A stretch of 64,000 nucleotides of DNA from Octopus sinensis (taxonomy: Eukaryota). Shown piece after piece: positions 53,309 through 64,000 of the stretch; positions within the stretch are counted from its first letter, which is position 1; each line of letters starts with the position of its first letter. The notes beneath the pieces were generated by a model that ran no database searches, was not told the origin of the DNA, and worked only from the letters and a program-made list of their open reading frames with translations. The stretch lies in the NCBI RefSeq assembly GCF_006345805.1, contig NC_043000.1, positions 62,248,001 through 62,312,000 of the forward strand, given 5' to 3'. Both the position numbers and the translations under genes were made by a program.

Positions 53309-55759
53309 TTGTATATACATCCTCACATATACATACATACATAATTGGATTGCGCATGGAATCACGTCGTGTCTTTTCTATCAATCGTTCTCTCTTCTTT
53401 AAATTGTTTATACATACGATAAACAATTGCTTTTGTAAGTTTCGTCAATTTAACAAATTTATTGGTAATGTGACCGGGCGCGCGCCGAAACAACAATGGC
53501 GGAACGATTTTGTTGTCCCATGACTTTCCGTAGTCGAATCAGTTCGCTATTTACCTGAACAATGAAGAGGAGGTTTAGATTTTAATGCAAGCGGTGTGTG
53601 TAAAGGATGACTCACTGAATTACAGATGCAATCCATCGCTCGTGCCTTTATACAGTTTCTGTCAATCACTCAGAAAGTATGTGTCGTTAGGAGGCTATAG
53701 AATATGACATTTGCCCAACATACTACGCAGTGAGATCGCCGCGAGATCTTGTGGTTGTGAACCGAAGTTAGTAACTCTTTGAACATATTTACCTACAGAC
53801 GCATATATATACACGCATGCACATACACACACACACATACATATATATATAATTTGGTATGTTTGTATGTGGGAGGATATGTGTGTGCATGTGTATATGC
53901 AAAACGGCTCAAAGTCGAAAAGCTATGATAATTCTAACATTGCCTATAACCACTTCACTAATGAAAACAATAGAAAGAATCGGAGTAGTAACGATATGAA
54001 TAATAATAATAGCAATATAACAACAACAACAACAATAATAATAATGCCAGTAATCATATTAATAATAATATTATCATCAGCTTTGATATTTTCATCACTT
54101 CTACGTAGGTCAGGTTCTTTATTAGTAATATTTTCGATTCGAGGTGATATTAATGTAGTCTAAATTAATCTAATTATGTGAGGTGACAAATTTAGAACTT
54201 AGAAGTGGAAGGTCTCAGAATATGCATGCATGCATGTGTGTGTGTGTGTGTTTGTGTGCATTTAAGATTCATGAAATCCCTTTTTTTTTCTTTTACAAGT
54301 AAGTGATATCATATTGTATGATGTCATGAATATCGTACTATCACTTGCTTACGAATAATGACGTCAACATATTTTAACCTGGTGATTTTATATATTTCCT
54401 TTCAATGCAATTATATTGTATTATCGGTTCTTTATCTTTTCTTTAAATGCAACAAATTGTTACATCATAGATATAAAAGTAATTTCAAATTTTATTTCTA
54501 GAATAAATTTAATATTTTCGCTTGATTCGGTTACTGCAAGGCATTTAATTTAATCAGAAAAAGATTCAAATTTAAAAGTTTTCCTCTGTTTTTTTAAAAA
54601 AAAGATTACCTCTACAACTTACCAATTCTACAAAACTTGGTACATGCAAAATTGTCAAAGAGAATAAGAATATATTAAAACTATGTTCAATTTTCCCTTA
54701 CTGTGATACAATTCTTTATTTTATTGATTCAGTTTGAACATTTCGGGAAATTTTTGTTAGCCTATCGTAGAACCTTGGACTACTTTTGAGATTAAATGTC
54801 AAACAGAACTTCATTAAATGTGCCATGAAATATTTACCACGCTAATTGTATTGGTGTCCTTAGAAGTAAATTTGTACAGTGTGATTTTTATGTAACGTAA
54901 CGTATCCAAATTTTGCTGTAGATATCACCAATAAGTTATTTTTGTGACTACACTATCTTAGAGCAGACCTAACTATTGCTAAGCCGGAGAATAATTCATT
55001 TTAGATACTAAACTAATGCACCATCGATAAATGTTACTAAATACAATAGATTCTATTTAGTTAAGATATAATTGAACACAACGACTTACAAACTAGGAAG
55101 AAATTCTGAATGTTTGGCAATCGTTACGTACATTCTATACCATTTAAGTATCTCGTATTTAAATTCTCATATTTTAACTAGCCTGAGGTTTTCTCTCTGC
55201 TGGGAAATTTATATTCGAGAAGAATAAAGTCACACCGATGAATAGAAATTCAAAAATAACATTCTTTGAGAACAATATACCTTTTCTCTTTTATGTTATA
55301 AATCCAGTTGAAGATACTTAATACACGAAGTTCGTGATACTGCTCGGATATAAACATTAAATACAAAAGGGAGATATTTTCATCACTTCTTGTTCTTCCT
55401 TTTCTGACCATTTTCATAAATGAATGTATCTGAATTTTCGAAATTTGCCTATTTGTTAAATAGCTTGTAGCCTTTAACGAAGTCCATTATGCTACCACTA
55501 GATAATTGCTTCGTGATCAAGCCGGGGTGTTATTGTAATCAGAATGTATTGATATATCTGCATTATTGGAACGATATAGAGCAATGCAGTTTTTGACATG
55601 CATTTTAATAGCCTGGAGTGATAACTATTTAAAGAAGCTTAAATACTGAAAAAAACTAAACAAATTAGTTTTAAATACATTTGAATATTCAATTTTCATG
55701 TCAAATGCATATACTGGAAAGTAGTTGAGAAATACACATATACATTCAAAAATGTACAT

Positions 55760-56098
<339 letters not shown>

Positions 56099-57019
56099 TG
56101 CATATACACACACGTATATATGTATTGAAGAGTGTATGTGAGTGAGTGAGTGTGTGATACATTGAGTCATTAGAAACTAGTGTGAATAGTATGCATATAT
56201 ATATACATACATATATCTATACCCAGGGAAATAAATAGTTGGCATTAATAAATCAACGCCCGCTTGATAAAAATTGTAACATAAATTATGTATTCCGATA
56301 CAGTGAACAGATTTCCTAAAGAATTTATTTTGTTATAAAAGATAACTTGAAATTTTGTATAGAAGTACATCATTTTGTATAGAAATACGTCATAAACCAC
56401 ATAATTAAGGTTAGCCATCTACTTTGAATTCAGACTATATCTGTTTTGTGCTGAATGAAATACAATGGCCTTTTTATCCTTGAGAAATTTGAGCTATCGG
56501 ATTCAAGTCAATCAACTATATGTCCTGATGTCTGTCTTAATTCTAAGCAAAATTGAAAATGTATGTAAGAAATTAAAATCCGGAATACATGAAAACGTCT
56601 GCTGGTCTGCATCACCAAAAGTCAATGAATAAGAAGATAAAAAAACATAAAGTTCATTTGCCGTGAGAAGTGTTAGTCTCGGAAATGCATTCATCGGCGA
56701 GCTACATACAAGAAACTGGGGTGATTGAGATAATTTACAATTTAGATTACCATCAAAGTTGGGACGTCGGGATCAAGTTTGATTTTTTTAATTTCTTCCG
56801 TTTAATAACTCTAAAATCCATAACCTTTTCTTTCATGTATAATTATGCACAGACTCTCAACTACAGAACACTCCATTAAAAAGGAAGCAATATTTTCAAG
56901 GGGAAAAAAATCAGATTGTAAAAAGATCGGAGCATGTTTTACGTTTGTTTTTGTTTTATATTTATTTCCAAAAGATCTTTAGTAGTCTGCTAACAAATCA
57001 GCCATAATTACACATACGC

Positions 57020-57055
<36 letters not shown>

Positions 57056-57076
57056 CACACACACACACACACACAC

Positions 57077-57119
<43 letters not shown>

Positions 57120-57666
57120 GCAAAAACAAAGAAAATTAAAAGAGTTGATCTACAACAGCTTACGGTTTTCAACTCTAATTCAACTTAATCAGAATAAAAT
57201 TATCTTTAACTTATCAAAAATAATTCCAGTTAGAAATGTTTTAATGTTGATGATTAATTAAAATCAATAAAATTAAGCAACTTAAAATACCATTACATTC
57301 TTTATCCTATCTGTCTCTCACTTCCTCAGTTTCCCTCTCGTTCTCTCAGCCCACTAACTTTACCTCCTGTATTTACACTTTGTGTATAAACAGATACAGG
57401 AATAGATAGACAGCAAAATGTTCGTATAATTGTGGGTGGGGGTATGAGTTTTGGATTTTAAAATTCATGACTTTATTACCCACAATTTTTGCTGCCGGTA
57501 GTAAAACATTAGATAACTTGTTCACTGATATTGAACCTTTCATAAGGTTATTGAGTCATTTTATCTTTGATGGTCATCACAGATTGTAGAAAATGTCATT
57601 AGTTGACTGTATCACTTGTTGGTTTCTGATAAACTGTCGTGACGAATGATATAACTTTTGGTTGGT

Positions 57667-58030
57667 CTAATCTTCAGGTATAGTTTTTTTTAATCTGTTA
57701 TAACTTATAGTTTTTCTGTTGCTTAACATCCAGATAAGCTTTAATGATCTCATCCCGATTATTATTGATGCACTCCAGAAAATCCAAATAGCACATTCCT
57801 GAATAGCAACATCGGAGACTCCTACAAGATAGCAGAGGATTATTATTAAACCAAATGTCGGAGCCAAAAGGGAAATGTCGAAAGCTTGCTCGGTATAGAC
57901 AAGCATTCATACACAACATTCTGCTCCAAACTATTTCGTATAATACAATTAAAATAGAACAAAGAAGAAGCAGAAAATGAAATCCTGATCCAACTGTATC
58001 AATGAGTGGGCAGGCCCACTGCTGCATATA
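57667..58030 (-). other. Hydrophobic exon-like segment in two overlapping frames, unassigned
   Basis: GSGFHFLLLLCSILIVLYEIVW in one frame, then ISLLAPTFGLIIILCYLVG..AIWIFWSASIIIGMRSLKLIWML in another; acceptor-like tattatatgcag upstream; no family recognised. Confidence 0.3.
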
Positions 58031-58096
58031 ATAGAGTACAGGGTTCAGAGACGTGTTCTGTCTATCTGGTAGGTCAACGATGGCTGCACAAGTTAC

Positions 58097-58127
<31 letters not shown>

Positions 58128-58276
58128 GCGGCGGCGGCGGTGGCGGCGGTGGTGGCGGCGGCGGCGGTGGTGGTGGTGGTGGTGGTGGTGGTGGTGGTGG
58201 TAATGTTGTTGTTGCTGTTGGTAGTGGTGGTGGTGGTGGTGGTGGTGGTGGTGGTCGTCGTCGTCGTCGTCGTCGT
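58097..58276. repeat. Compound trinucleotide array (GAT)n(GGC)n(GGT)n(GTT)n(CGT)n
   Basis: Direct reading. Confidence 0.97.
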
Positions 58277-58329
58277 GATCTTGGTTAAAAAATCAAATCA
58301 GAATTTAATATTTTTGGCCGAATAATATG

Positions 58330-58450
58330 GCGCGCAGGCAGTATACGTCCGGCGTTCAAATGCCGCCGAGGTCGACTTTCATCCTTTCAGGTTCGATAAA
58401 ATAAGTCCAAGTTGATCACTGGGGTCGATGTAATTGACTTACTCCCTCTC
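58330..58450 (+). mobile_element. Deu/Nin SINE fragment
   Basis: gttcaaatgccgccgaggtcgactttcatcctttcaggttcgataaaataag. Confidence 0.8.
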
Positions 58451-59664
58451 CGGTACGATATATTTGACACAATTGTAATTCTTAACTTTCTTGCGTAAGT
58501 TGATCTACATGTCTACAAGCTATAATAGAAAAACAATATTGAACATGTGCATTAAATAAAAGCTTATACGCCTTAATTTCTGTTACTTTAGATTCGATAA
58601 AATATTCTGACATATGTTAACTTTACAATTGGTTTTAATCCACTTCTTTTCATATCCATTAATTCATCCTGATCATCATCCGATGACGACCACTTTTATC
58701 TTTTTATTGCATACCAAACCTGGCATAAAATTATTGCTACACATTCCTATCTTTATAAAGCACATCCTCTATTTTAATTTTAATCCAGTTTTTGATATCT
58801 TATAATCTGTCATGCATTTTTTTTTCTAATGTATTATTACACAGCTTCCTTTTATCTGATATCCTATCTCCTTTCTTTGGTATCTTGATAATAATTAAAA
58901 TCTTAAAACTTCCTATTTATCTCTATAAAAACTTACAGTTTATATATATATATTTAAATATCGATCTTATCAAATGGCCAGCATGGGAATAAATATCATA
59001 TAAAGGTAATAATTATTTAAAACTATGAATTAGGGTATCTGAGAGATACCACTAGGCTGAAATAGCAGTCAAAACCCTGACCCTACCACGAAAAGATAGC
59101 TTAAACTGCTCTAAATGGAGGTGTAATCAAATCCTATTTCATGGACCCAACTATGTTCTAAAATAAGTCGAAGGGTAAGCTACTATAAATCGGCAGGAAC
59201 TTTCCGGACAATATAATAAACTCGGGTAATCATTCATTATTTTTTTAAACGTTCATCGTATGTAGCTTCTATTCATGTTTCTTTTCCTCTCTTTTGTAAT
59301 GTTAATGAGTGAATGGCAAAGCTGTCATGAAGGCCCATACACAGATTCTTACAGACAATATGCTCTCGGCTAACGGCACGCGTGCGTTTCTCGGACTCTT
59401 CTCATCTTTTTTTCCAGACCTTATACTCATTCTTCTTTCCGACGAAGAGCCATGCACGAAACGTCGCTCTCCATCTTTTTTTCACCTTGAAAATTTTCTG
59501 AGAGTCAATCTAATGCATTAACTGTGCACATTCTTTTGGGTTTTATTCTTTTTCTTGTTTTTATTTTTGATTTGCCTGTGTGTGTGTGTTTGTGTGTGCG
59601 CGTGTATGTATCTATATATGTATGACGATTAAGTAACATGGGCTTCGGCTCTAATGTTATACAC

Positions 59665-59720
59665 GTTAAACTCCCACCATCGCTTGTACAAACAGGTACA
59701 AGCGATGATGGTAGTTTAGC
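59665..59720. other. Near-perfect 22-25 bp hairpin (pre-miRNA-sized)
   Basis: AAACTCCCACCATCGCTTGTAC-aaacag-GTACAAGCGATGATGGTAGTTT, two mismatches. The hairpin is certain, its function is not. Confidence 0.4.
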
Positions 59721-60035
59721 ATATCCGAGGATCTGCTATAACATAATACCAAGAGTACAGCAATAATAAGAGCAAAGAACATGGGTATAACTTAGTACTC
59801 CTTTATTCCAGTTGCTGTACGCATGACTCACCACTAAAGGTACAACCTGCAGATGCAGCTTATATGGCCTGTATGAAAGAAATGTCTGATGATACGTTTG
59901 CTCCATGCTTGCTCTATAAGCTGCGTCTACTGGTTGCATCTGTAATGTGACGTCATCATACGTTGCCGATTATTGAATCATACGTAACAATCGGAATAAA
60001 AGAGTACTAAGGTATTCCCATATTCTTTTCTCCTG

Positions 60036-60089
<54 letters not shown>

Positions 60090-60399
60090 CAAATAGACAG
60101 AGACAGTGACAGGTGGAGTGAGAGTGAGAGAGATATGAAAAAAAGTCCGTCACGCCTTAAAGTTTTCTGTATTATACATGTGCAGAAGTCTAATGTCATT
60201 TTTGTGCATTAGATTGATAGCTATTCGCAATCAGCAATTCTCATCGCTCATTACCGTAACAAATATGGCTAGACAGGACAGACATGGATGGTATACTTTA
60301 GATCAGCGGTTTGATCAAAACTATTTCATACTTGGCAATCACACCTCTGATGGCCTGATCAACCACATTTGACATTGAATAAACCAACAACAACAGATA

Positions 60400-60434
60400 G
60401 ACAAAAAGACAGACGACAGACAGATAAACAGATG

Positions 60435-60492
<58 letters not shown>

Positions 60493-60584
60493 AATATAGA
60501 TAGATAGATAGATAGACAGACGGACGGACGGATGGATGGATGGATAGATAGATAGACAGACATACAGACAGACTGACAGACAGC

Positions 60585-60626
<42 letters not shown>

Positions 60627-60627
60627 T

Positions 60628-60710
<83 letters not shown>
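60400..60710. repeat. (GATA)/(GACA)/(GATG) microsatellite
   Basis: Direct reading. Confidence 0.95.
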
Positions 60711-60712
<2 letters not shown>

Positions 60713-60774
60713 TACTGCTTTTAGTAAGCATGTTCAATTTCACGAACCATTTTCATTATAGACTGAGTGTAAGA

Positions 60775-60960
60775 AAGGCGGATTGGCAGCATCGTTTGGG
60801 CGTCGGACGAATACTTTGTAGTATATTTCTTCTGACTTTTTAAGTTTTGAGTTCAAATCCCGTTACATTGTATTTGCCTTTGCTCCTTTCAGGATTGGGA
60901 TAAAATAATTTACCTAACCTCTTATCCACGAAATTGCTGGCCTTGTGTCTAAATTATCAA
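60775..60960 (+). mobile_element. Deu/Nin SINE, degenerate
   Basis: aaggcggattggcagcatcg ... gagttcaaatcccg ... gaaattgctggccttgtg. Confidence 0.7.
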
Positions 60961-61427
60961 CGTTTATACAGTCGGTATAATCTTTAAATTCTCAATTATA
61001 TTGATCTACGATCCATTCGTATTGTTAACTTGAATAATAAAAGCAAGTCATAATGTTATTTTAGTAGGATTTCAGAATAAATAACCAAAACAAGTTCTTG
61101 TTTTGTAAAAAGATATTCTCCTATGTTTAATTATATCACAAAATTAAGTATTTACAACATTGTAAATAGATCAAAATATAGCAGACTAATTTTAATGATA
61201 AACAATCTATATTACATAATTTAGCTTCGTAGATAATCTTATTTATTTCTAGTAAGTATTATAGTAAAAAGTTTGTAGATTTACTTTTTAAATATATATT
61301 TTCTTAATAACATATTGAAGTTTTTACATTCAGTGTCACTGAAATATTCTTTTAAAATAGAGTTTTTTTCTTGATATTCTAAAATGGTTCACATTAAGCT
61401 TCCGAGACATAGTGATTCTCCACAATA

Positions 61428-61626
61428 AAAAAAAAATGTGTCCCCCAGTTGGACGGGATGCCAGTCCATCGCAGCGTTACTCATTTTTGCCAGCTGAGTG
61501 GACTGGAACAACGTGAATATAAGTGTTTTGCTCAAGAACACAACGCGTTTCCCGGTACAGGAATCGAAACCACAATCTTACGATCATGATGCTGACACCC
61601 TAACCACTAAGCCACGCGCCTCCACA
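61428..61626 (-). mobile_element. V/Meta-domain tRNA-derived SINE with 14-bp TSD
   Basis: Sense GTGGAGGCGCGTGGCTTAGTGG..GGTTTCGATTCC..GCTGCGATGGACTGGCATCCCGTCC; TSD GATTCTCCACAATA at 61414-61427 and 61627-61640. Confidence 0.9.
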
Positions 61627-62005
61627 GATTCTCCACAATACTTTCCATTTATAGCAAATATATAACTTTATTTATTGTATGTGAAATTTTTGAGTTCACT
61701 ACGTCACTATATGTATGTCTGTGTTTCACCCTAGTTTGTCCATTTTTCCTGCAAAATTTGCTGTCACCCTCATTACAATGCATGCCAGACATAAACATGT
61801 CGCTTATTTGTTCGCGGAGAGAGTTAATTACTGGATGTACGAAACATTAATTAATATCTGAAACAATTTTCCTTAAATATTTTTTTCACAATATTTACAA
61901 GTATAAATTGTGTTGTTCGGTATTATATTTAAAGTTATGACTTCTTTCTAACGTACACACGTACACTCGCATAAATGTATACACAACATATATATATGCA
62001 TAAGC

Positions 62006-62080
<75 letters not shown>

Positions 62081-62626
62081 GTGTGTGTGTTTATACAGCA
62101 ATATAAATATATACATGCATATGTGTATATATGTGTATATATATATTTATATATGTAAGTTTTGGGTATGTTCCTAGTAGTAAGCCGATGAAGACTTAAC
62201 GTTTCTCCCATATTCCATTTTCCGTCCCTATCATTTGTTTTATATATATATATATAATACAAAATAAGGAAATGGAGAAATATATCTAAATCATTCATCA
62301 ACTATCAGATAATACCGAATCATATACTTTATTAAAACACTACACAAGAGCATTAAGATTAGACATTAATACAGTACAATAATTACAATCAATATAATGA
62401 GATATAACTAAATAAATATAACAAGATATAAAAATACAAATACATTATAACTGACAGCTGTTTCGGCCATGCAGATAAGTATGTCTCATTTAACCTATAT
62501 TAGCCATATATTGCAGGTATAAATGAGACATTAACAAAAAATGTTACGGCCTCTTCGGAGATTCTAATGTATAAAACAAGTTACACATATACCTATATAA
62601 GTATGAGTACATACCGAAAAATCATT

Positions 62627-62682
<56 letters not shown>

Positions 62683-63171
62683 TATGTATGTATGTATAGT
62701 GTGTGTGTGTGTGAGAGAGAGAGAGAAAGAGAGAGGCGGGGTGAGAGTGTCTGTCATCTCAAATTCCAACAGAAACGGGTTTTCAACAGGTATTCAAAAG
62801 TTACAAGCAGTTTCATACTTTATACTAACACTCATCAGATGCATAATGCCATCATAATGATAAGAATATTGGATTCTGTCGTGACTGGTAAATAATGACT
62901 ATGTAGCCTATTAGACTTAACGACATGTTATCAGTGGAGATTACTATGGTGTATGTATATATGTATGTATGTAAAGGTATACATGCATGAATGTATGTAT
63001 ATTTGTCTTTGTAACGTGCATGTCAGCGTGCATTAAAGCGCCAGTAAATTGTGAATACATCTTCAAAATTAGGGCAAACTGGAATTTTTAATGATAGATA
63101 CATCTATCTAGATATTTTTCTAACATTTACCTATTTATCTACCTAGTTATTTATCTCTCTGTATGCATTTA

Positions 63172-64000
63172 CTGGGTGGAGCAGAGAGGACGGACATTTT
63201 TGAAAACTTAACAAAATCATTAATTTTAGCTGCAAACAAATGTTATTGAGATCAATGTGTTCCTATTGAATTAGCATTTGTCAAAATCAAGTGTGGAAAA
63301 CAACATCCATCACATGGTGAGCGAATCATTTTTTTCAAATATTTCTTGGAAATTGGCCTCCACTCTCACCAGCATTGCTCTGGTGACTTCCACGCGAACA
63401 GCTTCCTTCAAATCGTTCAATATACGGGGTTTATGCGCATACACACATGCTCTGAGGTTTCCTCACAAGAAATAATCACACATAGACAAGTCAAGGGACC
63501 GAGAGGGACAAGCAAGGTCAGCAAACTTGGAAATGAGGCGGTCATTGAAAAGAGAGCGAAGAACGGCAATTGATGCTCTGCTTGTGTGGGCCGTCGCACC
63601 AGCCGACTGAAATCACTCTTGTCGAATAGGCATACGTTTTCGTCGTAATTCAGGCACAAAGAAGTTGTTTATCAACTCGATTTAACGCTCAGAGGTCACA
63701 GCAACAGCATTTCCATTATAGTCTTCAAAAAAGTAATGACCAATGACGGCAGCTTTTCCAACAGCACACCAGACCGTCAGTTTGGGGCTGTGCAGTGGTC
63801 TTTCGTGCAGTTCTCTCAGATTTTCAAGAGCCCAATAACGACAGTTCTATTGATTCACCATGCCATTGAGATGTAAATGAGTTTCATCACTCACTAACAA
63901 AATGAGGTTGTCATTTGCCTCAAAAATTGCTTCCATCTGATGTTGGAGCTTAAGCTGCTGTGCATAGTCCCATGATTTCAGCTGTTGCCCAATGACCAAT
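63172..64000 (-). mobile_element. Tc1/mariner DD41D (rosa-like) transposon, 3' part, runs off the window
   Basis: LVSDETHLHLNGMVNQ*NCRYWA..PLHSPKLTVWCAV..IGHYFFE..FQSAGATAHT..SRSLDLSMCDYFL*G; 41 residues between the 2nd catalytic position and CD; TIR TA-CTGGGTGG at 63170. Confidence 0.92.

Noticed and set aside
53470-53525. CpG patch GGGCGCGCGCCG followed by aacaATGGCGG, a possible gene start
   Set aside because: The frame closes after 20 codons with no donor; too little support for a promoter call.
59832-59939. Apparent 108-nt exon on the minus strand with a GTGAGT donor
   Set aside because: Weak acceptor, and the open frames on both strands are explained by the inverted repeat.

Overview
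AT-rich, microsatellite-saturated eukaryotic DNA. The SINE families and repeat landscape look like an Octopus (coleoid cephalopod) genome; this is inferred from remembered repeat families, not from a search. I found no intact host gene. The window is a graveyard of mobile elements: (1) about 20 tRNA-derived SINE copies or fragments of three types (CORE-like, Deu/Nin-domain, V/Meta-domain); (2) decayed non-LTR retrotransposons (R4/Dong-like and HERO-like with a restriction-like endonuclease, RTE and RTE-X); (3) Tc1/mariner elements (DD34D-like, maT-like, DD41D rosa-like) plus a complete but decayed Tigger/pogo; (4) MITEs; (5) a complete non-autonomous Helitron. The leads most worth checking: a 383-bp palindrome whose two arms each carry a minimal hammerhead-ribozyme motif with a compensatory U3-A8 core, plus three more degenerate hammerhead-like motifs; two adjacent paralogous hydrophobic coding-like segments with synonymous-biased divergence; two neighbouring pre-miRNA-like hairpins; an RT-less RTE derivative; and a possible GPCR TM7 relic. 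Coordinates were counted by hand; ends of degenerate elements are approximate.
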